Below are positions 1 through 11,085 of a DNA stretch of 64,000 bases, piece after piece. The notes beneath the pieces were generated by a model, which searched no databases, was not told the DNA's origin, and saw only the letters and a program-made list of their open reading frames with translations. The translations under genes were made by a program, and so were the position numbers. Position 1 is the stretch's first letter. The number at the start of each line of letters is the position of its first letter. The DNA is from Ostreococcus lucimarinus (lineage: Eukaryota), in NCBI GenBank assembly GCA_000092065.1, contig CP000598.1. One strand, 5' to 3'.

Positions 1-321
1 ATCGCAACATCGCTCGCCTTGAGTTCGGCGTTCGTGGCGTTGAGCGCGTCCAGTCTGCTCGTCATCACGGCACTCAACTCTACTTCCGTGGCGTTCAGAG
101 CGTTCACGCGCGATTCTAAAGCCGCATGCGTCGACTCCACGGTATCAACTCGACTCGAAATGCCCACGCTCGAAGACGCGCCGCAGTACACGTCGCCGTC
201 GACGCGCACCTTTTGTGTCTTCAAGACGATTTCGGCGTCCGTCCCAACGCTCTCCACGTACACGTCGCCGTCGTCGTTGGCGACCGTGACGCGCTTCAGC
301 GTTGAATCGTGCGCCACGGGC
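1..321 (-). CDS. Partial CDS running off the window start; protein fragment with DGDVY repeats and a heptad-like tail
   Basis: Reverse translation is open: ..QPVAHDSTLKRVTVANDDGDVYVESVGTDAEIVLKTQKVRVDGDVYCGASSSVGISSRVDTVESTHAALESRVNALNATEVELSAVMTSRLDALNATNAELKASDVA. A possible CAG acceptor lies near 322. Absent from the ORF track because no stop lies inside the window. Confidence 0.35.
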
Positions 322-800
322 TGCGCGGGGCGTCGAAAAGCAAAGAACGCGGTCAGTCGACTCGGGTCGGGCGGTCGGGGCGGGGAGCGAGAGATCGTTC
401 GTTCGTTTGACGACGGTCGGTGGCGCCACGCACCCAGCGTTGTGCGCGCACGACGATCATCGCCGCGGCGAAAACGCTCGCGAACGCGCGGATCGATCGC
501 GCCGCGCGCGGCGTTCGACGCGAGGGGCGTCGACGGCGTCGTCGGGCATCGTTCGCGGGGGGACGAAAGACGCTGTGAGGGTTTCGCCGCGCGATCCACG
601 TCGACGCGAAAGAAGCGCGCCGTGCGCGATCGCGCGGCGTCGAACGCATAGCGGACGTACGACGCGCGCTTCGGCGGCGCGCGCGATGATCAGAGACGTC
701 GCGCGCTTCGGCGACGCGCGTGCGGGCGCGGTGGCAGGAGCGGAGAAGAACGGCGCCACCGTCCGTCAGATTCGCAAAGACTGCGTACCGTGAACGCACG

Positions 801-875
801 TCGCGATTTCCCGCGCCGCGCGTCGCGCGTCGTCGGGTGCTGTGGACCGACCCCGCGGTTTTGTGCGAAATGAAA
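801..875. repeat. GC-rich ~75-bp repeat, second copy at 28351-28428
   Basis: tttcccgcgccgcgcgtcgcgcgtcgtcgggtgctg.gg.accgaccccgcggttttgtgcgaaatgaaa is shared almost exactly by both sites. Confidence 0.8.
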
Positions 876-1205
876 CGCGAATGAAATCGGCGCGGACGTG
901 ATTCGGATGCGGTGGCGTTACGTTCTGTTCCGATCCGCGTGCGCACGCACTTTTGTCACGTACTCACGCACATTTGTGTGGCATGTGATTACTCATGTGT
1001 GAAAAAAACGTTCCGAACCGTTCCGCACGGTTGTTCGAGGGTCGTCATCGGCGGAGAACGACGACAAAATTAAGGGGTATAAAGATTAGCGAATATGTAA
1101 ATGTAAGGAGTAACCATGGGCTCCAACGTTAATCGCCTCGAAATGCTTTCCGTTATCGATGACTTGCATGAAAAGTATCAACATTTACACCATAAATCGA
1201 AGCTC

Positions 1206-1362
1206 TAAACCCTAAACATAGTTTTCGTTTTTTTTGCTCAGGTTTCGCCAGGCACGTGTCAAAAATTGGCAAATTCTGAAACTCGTTTTTTGCTAGGGTT
1301 TAGCTTTAACGTCTCCGAACGCTCCGACGGGGAGGCGATGACGCCGCCGCCACTCGTCGACG
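1206..1362 (+). promoter_or_regulatory. Telo-box 5' module, copy A (upstream of the giant DUF285 gene)
   Basis: CCCTAAA repeats at 1206-1217. Core gtgtcaaaaa..ttctgaaactcg.tttttgctAGGGTTTAGc at 1256-1304. gccactcgtcgacg at 1349-1362. The same ordered blocks occur at 14937-15065, 18010-18176 and 19759-19946. Confidence 0.6.
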
Positions 1363-1838
1363 CCTCCGTCCGCGGTCGTTCGCGTCGACATAGTTCAAGT
1401 GGTACCCTTGGACGACGGGCCCACCCGTGCGCACCCACGGGTGGGTGAAGTGCGTTTCCGTGGCGCGCCGTCGCCGTTCGGTCCTTCGCGGGCGACCGTA
1501 GCGCAACCGGGCGATCTCCGTGCGGGCGGCGCGACGCGACGCCGGTGCACGCATCGCAAGGGGCACACGCCGGGGGCACGGCGCCATTCGCGGCGAACGG
1601 TACGCCACCACACACGTTCGCAGCGGCGGACGGCATGCGTGGGCGGGTTGGAGGCAACGTTGTATTGAAAATTGCGTACAGCACTGTTGGGCAGACCGGC
1701 TCGTTGAAGCAGCATACGGATCTACGAGCGAAAGCATTTTCTCCGTCGAATATCATAGGGAAACAGCATGATAGATCAGTTGCACGGTCGAATCACAGTG
1801 CTCGAGCATCCTTCAGTTATCATACGTTGAAGGTGAAA

Positions 1839-4800
1839 ATGATTTTAACACTCGTATCCATCGCTATATCCATGGGAAATACACTTGCGAGTGGTAGCAT
1901 AGCGCTCACCGACGCAACGTTTTCTACTGCGATCGCTAGTTGCCTCGAGGAGGCAGCGTCGGATGGCCTGTGTACTTCTTACGGCTTTGCAAGTGGGTTC
2001 GGAGCGATGCCTGATTGGGACACGGGCAATGTCACGAACATGGGTAGTGCATTTTCGTCTAAATACTACTTCAATGCATCCATCGGGAACTGGAACACGT
2101 CGCGAGTGACGTATATGGGTTCCATGTTTCAGTCTGCGTATTCGTTTAATCAGGACATCGGGAACTGGAACACGTCGCAGGTGACGAACATGTATTCCAT
2201 GTTTCAGTCTGCGAATTCGTTTAATCAGGACATCGGGAACTGGAACACGGCGCGAGTGACGTATATGGGTTCCATGTTTCAGTATGCATCTTCGTTTGAT
2301 CAGGACATCGGGGGCTGGAACACGTCGCAGGTGACGAACATGTATTCCATGTTTCAGTATGCGTCTTCGTTTGATCAGGATATCGGGAACTGGAACACGT
2401 CGCGAGTGACGTATATGTATTCCATGTTTCAGGGCGCATCTGCGTTTGATCAGGACATCGGGGGCTGGAACACGTCGCGAGTGACCAATATGGGTTCCAT
2501 GTTTCAGTATGCATCTTCGTTTGATCAGGACATCACAAACTGGAACACGTCGCGAGTGACCAATATGGGTTCCATGTTTCAGTATGCATCTTCGTTTGAT
2601 CAGGACATCACAAACTGGAACACGGCGCGAGTAACGTACATGACCAACATTTTCCAAAACGCGACGGCGTTTCAGGCGAAATATACATGTTCGACCGTTC
2701 AATCTGGACCCATCGCATCGTGTTCGCAGTGCGTTGCAAACTGTGCCGCTTGTAGTAACACTGCGTCGGGTGTTTGTAGTGTTTGCATGACTGGGTACAC
2801 ATTAGACGGAGGAATGTGTGCGGCACCCGCTGCGGCGCTCACCGACGCAACGTTTTCTACTGCGATCGCTAGTTGCCTCGAGGAGGCAGCGTCGGATGGC
2901 CTGTGTACTTCTTACGGCTTTGCAAGTGGGTTCGGAGCGATGCCTGATTGGGACACGGGCAATGTCACGAACATGGGTAGTGCATTTTCGTCTAAATACT
3001 ACTTCAATGCATCCATCGGGAACTGGAACACGTCGCGAGTGACGTATATGGGTTCCATGTTTCAGTCTGCGTATTCGTTTAATCAGGACATCGGGAACTG
3101 GAACACGTCGCAGGTGACGAACATGTATTCCATGTTTCAGTCTGCGAATTCGTTTAATCAGGACATCGGGAACTGGAACACGGCGCGAGTGACGTATATG
3201 GGTTCCATGTTTCAGTATGCATCTTCGTTTGATCAGGACATCGGGGGCTGGAACACGTCGCAGGTGACGAACATGTATTCCATGTTTCAGTATGCGTCTT
3301 CGTTTGATCAGGATATCGGGAACTGGAACACGTCGCGAGTGACGTATATGTATTCCATGTTTCAGGGCGCATCTGCGTTTGATCAGGACATCGGGGGCTG
3401 GAACACGTCGCGAGTGACCAATATGGGTTCCATGTTTCAGTATGCATCTTCGTTTGATCAGGACATCACAAACTGGAACACGTCGCGAGTGACCAATATG
3501 GGTTCCATGTTTCAGTATGCATCTTCGTTTGATCAGGACATCACAAACTGGAACACGGCGCGAGTAACGTACATGACCAACATTTTCCAAAACGCGACGG
3601 CGTTTCAGGCGAAATATACATGTTCGACCGTTCAATCTGGACCCATCGCATCGTGTCGATCGGGGTCACCATTTCAGAATTCGACCGAGTTGAAGCTTGC
3701 GGTCGACAGCTGTTTACTCGCGGATCCAACAGGAAATTGTGATTGCAGAAGTTCTCTGGTCGACTGCCGGGCGGCGAGCGGCGATTCAATATCGAAATGG
3801 GATACACGCTTCGTAACGAATATGAGCTCCTTGTTTGCAGGATCAGATCAATTTAACGCAGATTTAGGTGCTTGGAACACAAGTGCCGTTACTTCGATGT
3901 CGCACATGTTTCATGGAGCCGCTGCGTTCAACAAAGACATTAGTGGTACGTATAATGCGAATATCTTCGCGTGGGACGTGAGCGGCGTGACGGACATGAC
4001 TCGAATGTTCGAAGGCGCTAATAGTTTCGCTCAGGACATCAGCTCGTGGAACGTGGTGAACGTCGCGAGCATGGACAGTATGTTTTCGGGCGCAAACGCG
4101 TTCAACGCGCCCATCGGCAGTTGGAACACAGACGGCGTGACAAACATGTTTCAGATGTTCCACTCAGCACATGTGTTCGATCAACCAATCGGAAGCTGGA
4201 ACACGGAACGGGTGACGAGCATGCAGTGCATGTTCATGTATGCGCGTGAATTCAATCAGGATATCAGCTCCTGGAACACGGTCAACGTGGTAAATATGTG
4301 GGATATGTTTAATAGTGCGGATGCGTTCAACCAGAACATTGGGTTATGGAACACAGAGGAGGTGACGGATATGAGATACATGTTCTATAACGCGGGTGCG
4401 TTCAACCAGCCCATAGGGTCGTGGAACACCGCCAATGTCACGACCATGCGATCTATGTTTCAGGGCGCATCTGCGTTTAATCAGGACATCGGAAACTGGA
4501 ACACGACTTCTGTCACGGACATGTACAGCATGTTTGGTAGCGCGACGGCGTTCAATCAGAACATCACGGGATGGCACACGCCGAATACTGGTATTACTTG
4601 CGATTCATCGCAAACGGCGTGTGGTGATACAGGGTGTTTTGACATCGGTAATTGTGCTGCTGCGATGTTTTCCGGTGCGACAGCTTGGTTAGCGAGGTAT
4701 GCTCGCATGGATGGGAATGCGTCGAGCACCGATGGACCTCCGTCTCAGTGGGTCGGCCCGACACCATTTTTGAGTCGAGACGCTTTAGTCGCGGCGGTTG

Positions 4801-7800
4801 ATAATTGCTTGACCGAGGACGAGACGGGAAGTTGCGATTGCTCTGATTACGACGTCGATTGTGGCGCCGCCGTAAAGCTGCCGATCACGGAATGGGACGT
4901 GAGCCTCATCGTGGATATGAACGAGCTATTTAAGGCTCGAGCAGCTTTCAATCAACCGGTTGGTGTTTGGAACACTAGTAGCGTGACGGATATGAGCGGC
5001 ATGTTTGAGAGCGCATCCGCGTTTAACCAGCCCGTTGGTAACTGGAACACGGGTAGTGTGACGGACATGAGCGGCATGTTTGAGAGCGCATCCGCGTTTA
5101 ACCAGCCCATTGGTAACTGGGCCACGGGCAGTGTGGCGGATATGAGCGGGATGTTTGAGAGCGCATCTGAATTCAATCAGAATATTAGTAGCTGGTCAGT
5201 CGCTTCTGTGGTGAACATGCAATCCATGTTTTCCTCTGCTTCATCCTTCGAGCAAGACATCACTGGATGGATTTCAACTAGTGTCACGACGGACATGGCG
5301 ACGGACATGTTTCTCTCTGCGACAGCTTGGCTGCGAACATTCGCACGCACAGATGGCGAAGACACCCCCCATGGTCCACCATCCGATTGGGGCGAACCGT
5401 GTGGCAATGGGTGGTACGATGAGAAAGTTCAGGGGGAGAAGGAGGATGACTTTTGTGAGCCAAAAGTGAACGGGATTGAAGTGAAAGGATGTGCAGATGA
5501 CTGCAAAGTAAAAACGAACTGGAAGTGCGACAATGTCGACTTGCTACGCCCCGGTGATGACTTCGACAGCTACAATTGTACGTGCGACAACCCGGTGGGC
5601 ACGTATGCATCACCTAATCTTGATAATGATTGTGCTCGCACAGATTGCGTTTATGTCGAACGGTGTCTCGCTAACGGCCTAGGCTGTGCGCCCGGTGCCG
5701 GTGGAATGTGGGACGTGGGACGTGGAACGTGGGACGCGGTGAACGCATGCGGCAAGTGCTTGAGGGCCGCTGATATTGCCGAGCTCCCACTCAACGAACG
5801 AAGTAGGCACAACAAGGCTGGCTATTACAAGACTGGGCAGACGTGCACGGCTTGTCCTGCGACATCAGCCGCGGGACTTTTCGCTGCGGCTGCGGTTGTC
5901 GTCGTCCTCGCTTTTTGTGGTTTCAAAGCCTCTCAATTGATGGGCGCTCAAGCGACGAACAATTTGAAGAAAATTGTCGAGTCGCTGCAGTTCTTCTCTC
6001 TTTCGCTCAGTATGAGTATCAAGTGGCCTGGGCCCGTACTCAATCTCGGTAAATATTTGGAAGCTTTCACGTTCAGCATTGAGTTTCTACGACCCCAATG
6101 CGTCGCTGCGGGGCTGGATTGGCTCAATATATTTTTGTCCTCGGTGTTTGTCGTTCCCGCTCTCATCTTCATAATCATCGTCGTGAACAATAGACGGGCG
6201 AGGCACCGTTACAAAACAACGGTGCGCGCGATCGACAGTGAACGACACGAGGATGGCGAAACGGTCTACTGGATCGAGAAACCAGGGTTCCTGTGGGGTA
6301 CGCGGAGAGCTTACGAGTCCAAGGGCGGAGATAAGATTGTTCGTGAGTTGCAGCGCCAGTATCGGTTTCGAGCCGCGCTTCGATCTTTCGGCGTACTGTC
6401 ACTGACCATCCTGTACCTTCCCATCGTGCGTATGTGCCTTCAGTCATACGATTGCATAAAGATAGACGGCGTGGATGGGCTTCGATTGGAGCATGACATA
6501 GATATCCTCTGTGAAAGCGAAGGGCACGTGATCATCCAGGCCGCCGCCGCGGTGATGTTGGCCATTGTCGGTATCGGCATGCCAATTTACGTCGTTATGC
6601 AAGTTCGTAAGATCCGTTTGAGTGGTAAACTGGATGATCCGCAGACTATCGACTCGTATGGTCCGTTCTACGACGTCTACCGGCGCGAGGAGCTCACACA
6701 TGATCACAAATTGGAGATTGCGAGGATTCGACAAACCGCGGTCGAGTCGTCCTCATTTCGACGAGGCGAAGGCACGAGCGACGAACGTCCTTTCGATGCA
6801 GCAACTGATGATATTGCAGAAGAAATCGCAAATGAAGTCAGGGTCGACACGGAAGAAGATTCAAGCGACGTCGATCGTGTTGACGTCGAGGACGATAGTG
6901 GCACTCCACCACCTCAGAAAGTTTCATCCGGTCTCGGTAAGCTCGCTCGGGCGTTAACGATGACGAAGTCTGCTTTAGGCCGGACGACGTCAGCGAAAGC
7001 GCGCGAACGGGCACATCGAATGCACTGGAAGGACAGGTTCGCGCTTCACTACCTGGCCGTTGAACTAGTGCAGAAGAGTTGCGTCATTTTGACGACGTCT
7101 CCGATAGTGGCCGAAACCGCGGTGAGCGGTTGGGCTCTGGTTGTCGTACACTGGTTTACCGGCGCCTTCGTCTACGTGTGTCAGCCTTGGCGCATCATGA
7201 CGCTCGGCTTCGGCAAATACAAGGTGCGAAATTGCTTGAACAAAGTCGAGTCCTTGGCTGGATTTTTGCAGGGCGTGGGACCGTTCTTGGCAATGATCTT
7301 CCCTGTTCAGAGAAACGAGTTCGGTGAGGTGAAGCAAACTGTGACACTCTCAGCCATAACTGTCCTGCTGACCATCATAATCACCGGGCTGCTTTCTATT
7401 CGTATCATTGTTTTCGTCGGCGAACGCGTCGCCGTCAAACGAAAGAAGATGGATATCGACAAGGATCCCGAGAAATGCATGCAAAATGTTCACAAACAAC
7501 TGGTCAAGCTCGCAACCAACAGAGCGATTGTGAGCATGTTTGCTTTCAAGGCAGATTTCGACATTAAGCGCCGTAAAGCACGCGCGAGGCTGGAAGATAC
7601 TCGCCAAGCGATGTTATCGCGCATCGATATCTTGAAGTCACAACAGACCGACGAGGACCATTCCGATAAAATTACCGCGTTGTACGAAGTGGCGAATGAA
7701 ATGGCACACATCGTGAATACGATCGTACCCCAAGCACCGCCAACAGGTCCAAACGCAGAAGGGTGTATCGAATTGCTGGATGAACAACTGGCATCAATTC

Positions 7801-9368
7801 TCAAGGACGTCGACGTCCGAGCGCAGGCGAACGCGTTAGACGCTCCGAATTCTGCGGCGGTACATATCGTGATGAAGGTCCACGCGTTCGATACAATCAT
7901 ATGTCGACTTGACGAACATTTGCTCGAATTCGCGGCGGCAGAACGTGTGAGTGAGCTCGCCGAGCTGGGTCGAAGACACGCTGAATTACGACATACGCGA
8001 CGTTGTGTCGCGATAGGTTTCGGCGACGCAGAGCTTCGAGCTACTTTCGATGCGCTAAGATCGTGCATCGAGGCACTCCGCCATGCCGTTGAGAACGACG
8101 ACTTCGAAGCTGTATTCACAACTTTCAATGGTGGGAAGGAGATCATTGATTCTCACTTACGATGGTGTCGGGATCAATGTGAATTGTTCAAGAGCGCCGA
8201 GGACGAGCACCCCGATTTCCTCGAGGACGAGCCTCCACTGACGACCGAGTTTTTCAAGGCGACAGTCAAGGTGATACAATCCCATGAAAAGCAACTGTCT
8301 AAATTTAAATCGGAATGTATTCGTAACTGGCCCCCGCTTTTCAAGAACTTTGGCCGCGTCAAGTACATACAAGGCTTTGCTGAGCAACTTCAGAATCAAC
8401 TCCATCTCGATCTCAATGAAAGCACGCCGGAGGAGGCCAAGGCTGTTTTCGATCAGGTGTTGGCCTTCACAGATGGCTTCGCGCTTTGGTGCGGCGATTT
8501 AGTGGCACAGGTCGAAGGCTCAGATGTCTTCATCTTGTTTGAGCCAATCGCCCGCGCGATGGTGGAAAGCTTGAAAGCCATCAGAGCAGACGCTGAGTCG
8601 CAAAGTGCACTCGCGAGGCAAGCATTGAGTACGATAGATTATGTGGTGACGCAACGGGCGTTGGCCGCAACGACGCGGTCGGGCTTGCAGACAGCACTCG
8701 CGGATGGTACGTCTGCGCTTGAAGACCAGCTCGCCGCAGAAATTGCAGACATGGACGCTGCGAAGATTTCTCGAGAGACTACTTTCGAGACCGAAAAGAT
8801 GCGCACCGAGGAAGCTTTGAATACATTAGAGCAAGAGTTGGACGGTAGGCGAGCGGTTTTAGAGGACGACATTCGATCGCAACAGGACACTATCGCGCGG
8901 CTACAAAACTTGAAACGGGAAGAGGCCGCGGCATCGAGCTCTATAAACCCGTTGAAATGGGAGCGTTTCAGTCGAAGCACTGAGCTCGCCGAAGCTGTAA
9001 GTGCACTCCGTATGAGCAAACAAAACTTGAAGAATGAAGAGCTTGCAAATGAGAAGGCCCGCGGGGATGCGCGTAAGGCGGTTCATTCGTTGGAACGGGG
9101 CCTGAAAAAGGACCTGGTCGAATGTGACGTCCGAGCAAAGAAAATCCGAGACGATGTGGCAAAGGAGCTGAAGAAACAAACTATGGATGCTCAGAGGAAG
9201 ACACCCGAAGATGCTAAAGCCCATAAGGCTAGTCTGGCTTCCAGGCGCGCGGTGTTCCAGCAACAACGCGCCGCCGCTAAACTCATCGCGAGCGAAAGTA
9301 GAGAAGCTACGCGAATTCAAGCACAGCTTGCATACTACATGCGAAATTTAAAGGCGCGCGAATCGTGA
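1839..9368 (+). CDS. Giant surface-type protein: DUF285 (PF03382, BspA-type LRR) repeat ectodomain, Cys-rich stalk, multi-pass membrane region, long coiled-coil tail
   Basis: Uninterrupted ORF (track 1545..9368, non-ATG start). The in-frame ATG at 1839 precedes the signal-like peptide [19 protein letters not shown]. About 35 repeats of F..A..FNQDI..WNT..VT.M..MF fall in four blocks, each with a Cys cap (..AVDSCL..G.C..). Roughly six hydrophobic helices lie between 5860 and 7440, followed by an acidic linker and a heptad-rich tail. Confidence 0.85.
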   Translation: MILTLVSIAISMGNTLASGSIALTDATFSTAIASCLEEAASDGLCTSYGFASGFGAMPDWDTGNVTNMGSAFSSKYYFNASIGNWNTSRVTYMGSMFQSAYSFNQDIGNWNTSQVTNMYSMFQSANSFNQDIGNWNTARVTYMGSMFQYASSFDQDIGGWNTSQVTNMYSMFQYASSFDQDIGNWNTSRVTYMYSMFQGASAFDQDIGGWNTSRVTNMGSMFQYASSFDQDITNWNTSRVTNMGSMFQYASSFDQDITNWNTARVTYMTNIFQNATAFQAKYTCSTVQSGPIASCSQCVANCAACSNTASGVCSVCMTGYTLDGGMCAAPAAALTDATFSTAIASCLEEAASDGLCTSYGFASGFGAMPDWDTGNVTNMGSAFSSKYYFNASIGNWNTSRVTYMGSMFQSAYSFNQDIGNWNTSQVTNMYSMFQSANSFNQDIGNWNTARVTYMGSMFQYASSFDQDIGGWNTSQVTNMYSMFQYASSFDQDIGNWNTSRVTYMYSMFQGASAFDQDIGGWNTSRVTNMGSMFQYASSFDQDITNWNTSRVTNMGSMFQYASSFDQDITNWNTARVTYMTNIFQNATAFQAKYTCSTVQSGPIASCRSGSPFQNSTELKLAVDSCLLADPTGNCDCRSSLVDCRAASGDSISKWDTRFVTNMSSLFAGSDQFNADLGAWNTSAVTSMSHMFHGAAAFNKDISGTYNANIFAWDVSGVTDMTRMFEGANSFAQDISSWNVVNVASMDSMFSGANAFNAPIGSWNTDGVTNMFQMFHSAHVFDQPIGSWNTERVTSMQCMFMYAREFNQDISSWNTVNVVNMWDMFNSADAFNQNIGLWNTEEVTDMRYMFYNAGAFNQPIGSWNTANVTTMRSMFQGASAFNQDIGNWNTTSVTDMYSMFGSATAFNQNITGWHTPNTGITCDSSQTACGDTGCFDIGNCAAAMFSGATAWLARYARMDGNASSTDGPPSQWVGPTPFLSRDALVAAVDNCLTEDETGSCDCSDYDVDCGAAVKLPITEWDVSLIVDMNELFKARAAFNQPVGVWNTSSVTDMSGMFESASAFNQPVGNWNTGSVTDMSGMFESASAFNQPIGNWATGSVADMSGMFESASEFNQNISSWSVASVVNMQSMFSSASSFEQDITGWISTSVTTDMATDMFLSATAWLRTFARTDGEDTPHGPPSDWGEPCGNGWYDEKVQGEKEDDFCEPKVNGIEVKGCADDCKVKTNWKCDNVDLLRPGDDFDSYNCTCDNPVGTYASPNLDNDCARTDCVYVERCLANGLGCAPGAGGMWDVGRGTWDAVNACGKCLRAADIAELPLNERSRHNKAGYYKTGQTCTACPATSAAGLFAAAAVVVVLAFCGFKASQLMGAQATNNLKKIVESLQFFSLSLSMSIKWPGPVLNLGKYLEAFTFSIEFLRPQCVAAGLDWLNIFLSSVFVVPALIFIIIVVNNRRARHRYKTTVRAIDSERHEDGETVYWIEKPGFLWGTRRAYESKGGDKIVRELQRQYRFRAALRSFGVLSLTILYLPIVRMCLQSYDCIKIDGVDGLRLEHDIDILCESEGHVIIQAAAAVMLAIVGIGMPIYVVMQVRKIRLSGKLDDPQTIDSYGPFYDVYRREELTHDHKLEIARIRQTAVESSSFRRGEGTSDERPFDAATDDIAEEIANEVRVDTEEDSSDVDRVDVEDDSGTPPPQKVSSGLGKLARALTMTKSALGRTTSAKARERAHRMHWKDRFALHYLAVELVQKSCVILTTSPIVAETAVSGWALVVVHWFTGAFVYVCQPWRIMTLGFGKYKVRNCLNKVESLAGFLQGVGPFLAMIFPVQRNEFGEVKQTVTLSAITVLLTIIITGLLSIRIIVFVGERVAVKRKKMDIDKDPEKCMQNVHKQLVKLATNRAIVSMFAFKADFDIKRRKARARLEDTRQAMLSRIDILKSQQTDEDHSDKITALYEVANEMAHIVNTIVPQAPPTGPNAEGCIELLDEQLASILKDVDVRAQANALDAPNSAAVHIVMKVHAFDTIICRLDEHLLEFAAAERVSELAELGRRHAELRHTRRCVAIGFGDAELRATFDALRSCIEALRHAVENDDFEAVFTTFNGGKEIIDSHLRWCRDQCELFKSAEDEHPDFLEDEPPLTTEFFKATVKVIQSHEKQLSKFKSECIRNWPPLFKNFGRVKYIQGFAEQLQNQLHLDLNESTPEEAKAVFDQVLAFTDGFALWCGDLVAQVEGSDVFILFEPIARAMVESLKAIRADAESQSALARQALSTIDYVVTQRALAATTRSGLQTALADGTSALEDQLAAEIADMDAAKISRETTFETEKMRTEEALNTLEQELDGRRAVLEDDIRSQQDTIARLQNLKREEAAASSSINPLKWERFSRSTELAEAVSALRMSKQNLKNEELANEKARGDARKAVHSLERGLKKDLVECDVRAKKIRDDVAKELKKQTMDAQRKTPEDAKAHKASLASRRAVFQQQRAAAKLIASESREATRIQAQLAYYMRNLKARES
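1902..3655 (+). repeat. Internal tandem duplication, period 933 bp (1902-2722 = 2835-3655)
   Basis: The two 821-bp arms read identically base for base wherever I compared them. Antisense ORFs at 1845..2702 and 2802..3635 have identical peptides. The arms are separated by a 112-bp Cys-rich linker ([25 protein letters not shown]). Confidence 0.9.
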
Positions 9369-9499
9369 TATAACGGTCGACTACGAGGAATACACGCATA
9401 GTCGAAACATGAGCACCCTGTCGCAGAAGGAGCTGAGTTTCCGCTTCGTTACGGATGAGATTGTGCGAGAAGACATGCCACATTCAAATTCGGGGCGAT

Positions 9500-9703
9500 G
9501 GCTCACAAATCAGGCAAGAGAAGACAGGTGCACGTGCAAACTCTCAGCGGAACGAGTTGGTCGTCTCGAAGATCTCGGTGTTTGGTGAGACCAAGCCGAC
9601 GCACAGGAGGAGCACTTCGATGCCTGGAGGTACAGAAGATGTAACTCATCTTAAGCGTACGACTATTCAGACCTTGGGGGTTCCGCTTAAGATTTCTTCG
9701 GAA
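9500..9703. repeat. Diverged 3'-flank module, paralogous to 21905-22140
   Basis: Alignable by eye at roughly three quarters identity: gacaggtgc..gcaaa..ggaagagcacttcg.tgcctg.gggtacagaagatgta..aagaccttgggg.ttc..gcttaagatttc. Confidence 0.7.
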
Positions 9704-10190
9704 TGGAATCTCTGAACGCAAGGCGTGGATGTACATTAAACCATGAACGAGGCGGGCCACGGTTCGATTTTTTGGATTACAAGTGTAGGTCTACTTTTAC
9801 GTTTCGTGGACTCTGCTTGAGTCGGCCGATGTCACCATGTCAGTCAGGTGCTTCGAGTGCACTAGAGACGTGACCGCCCATACACAGGACGTCGAGCTCG
9901 GCGTGCCTGATTTCACGACTCGGCGACCATGGTTTGAAACCGAAATGACCATCGGCTTCAGGCCCAGGCGCGGCCGCAATGCTACTTTAAACTTAATATT
10001 TTTTTTTTGAAAAAAGAGTAGTAAGAGTAATAAAAATAAACTTTTTTTTGTTTGAGTTGGGGCACCCCAACATGATAAAACCGCACATCGCGGCGAGCCG
10101 CGCGACGACGATCACTTCGGTCACATTTCCAGTCAGTGATTCTCGTCGTGTGATTCATCGTGTTTGACGTCGACGTTGATGTACCACATG
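9704..10190. mobile_element. 487-bp insertion flanked by 16-bp direct repeats (small non-autonomous element, type unknown)
   Basis: taagatttcttcggaa (9688-9703) and taagatctcttcagaa (10191-10206) flank it. The paralogous site at 22125-22140 has one copy and no insert. The first ~315 bp recur at 16396-16703. There is an internal T-run/A-run at 10008-10016. Confidence 0.6.
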
Positions 10191-10227
10191 TAAGATCTCT
10201 TCAGAACCAATCGTGTGAGTGAAGTGT

Positions 10228-10725
10228 TCAGGCCAAGTCGCGTAACTCATCTAGCGTAAATTGATACTTGTCGAGACTGCGCTTTGAAGGCAGCGTGCCA
10301 CGCGCTCGAGCATTCTTGAGGCACGTCTTACGCAGTATTCTTTTCGCGTGCTGCTTGTAATAATTGAGTTGTCTGTAGTTACCATCGCCGCCGTCACGCT
10401 TCGGCGTATATTGGGCTCTGCTGTAGGCTTGACTCTCGTCCACGTTCTCGTGACACGCGTGTTTCTGGCTGCGTCCAGCAGCTCGGGAGTTGAATAAGCC
10501 GTCGCGCTTCTCTCTCATGTATGCACTTTTACGTTGATGGAGCTCTCCAGCTGGAATGTCCTTTTCGAGAACTCTCACGTCCGCGTCGCCAAACGTGAAG
10601 ATTGGATGTCGTGCGTATTTATGCGAGGCAAGGCGCGCTCTGAGCGAACCTGTCGTCGATCCGATGTACGTTTTGTCACATTTCGCATTATCGCTAAACA
10701 TTTCGTACACGCACCCCGTAGGCAT
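10228..10725 (-). CDS. GIY-YIG family nuclease-like protein (copy 1)
   Basis: ATG verified. N-terminus MPTGCVYEMFSDNAKCDKTYIGSTTGSLRARLASHK fits the GIY-(10-11 aa)-YIG motif plus the conserved Arg, with downstream E and N residues (AYMREK, FNSR). Basic C-terminal tail. Confidence 0.6.
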   Translation of the reverse strand: MPTGCVYEMFSDNAKCDKTYIGSTTGSLRARLASHKYARHPIFTFGDADVRVLEKDIPAGELHQRKSAYMREKRDGLFNSRAAGRSQKHACHENVDESQAYSRAQYTPKRDGGDGNYRQLNYYKQHAKRILRKTCLKNARARGTLPSKRSLDKYQFTLDELRDLA

Positions 10726-10894
10726 TTGTCCTGGTTACCTATCCATCCCTAAGAAAATATTGTTGCCTCCTCCTGCGGTTTGCAGTCACATTCGAGAGAC
10801 CATAGGTACTCGTGTCGCTGCGTGGGGTGCAAGGTCCGGGGTGTAGATATCGAACCGCCTGATTTCACACCTGGACGTTCGTGATCCGACGAGA

Positions 10895-11085
10895 CCTGAC
10901 GAAATGACGAACTTGTTTTGTCGTCCCCAAATTCGTCAGCCCGTCGTTCGGTCACACTTTGTGTGTACCAATGATGAAAATGACGAAATGTTAAAATATT
11001 TTAATGTTTATTTTTATTTTAGATCTATGACAAGCAACAGTGTAGACCTTTATGAAAACAGTTCGTCATTCGTCATTTCGTCAGG
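10895..11085. repeat. Inverted repeat around an AT-rich spacer (also at 22837-23027)
   Basis: cctgacgaaatgacgaac (10895-10912) is the reverse complement of gttcgtcat(tcgtcat)ttcgtcagg (11061-11085). The arms resemble an internal piece of the 9704-10020 element (cctgatttcac, caaaccatggtc). Confidence 0.7.

Noticed and set aside
1545-1838. N-terminal extension of the giant ORF given in the track (start 1545)
   Set aside because: The track start is a non-ATG codon and the extension is Ala/Gly/Arg-rich. The first ATG followed by a signal-like hydrophobic peptide is at 1839. An ATG at 1635 cannot be excluded.
1845-3635. Long antisense ORFs (285 and 277 aa, plus 97-aa pairs) opposite the DUF285 repeats
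   Set aside because: They are Arg/His-rich, low-complexity mirror images of the sense repeats, and they exist only because the tandem repeat lacks stops on the opposite strand. The sense strand carries the recognisable DUF285 pattern.
1902-5300. CRISPR-like regular repeats
   Set aside because: The periodic 78-bp units are in-frame protein repeats (DUF285) with no unique spacers and no cas genes. The same applies to the 132-bp array at 20.1-20.8 kb.
9755-9775. tRNA-like T-arm sequences (ggccacggttcgatttttt at 9755-9775 and 16443-16460; ggcggttcgatatc on the minus strand near 10845)
   Set aside because: No complete cloverleaf (acceptor, D and anticodon arms) could be built. They are treated as parts of the small repetitive elements, not as tRNA genes.
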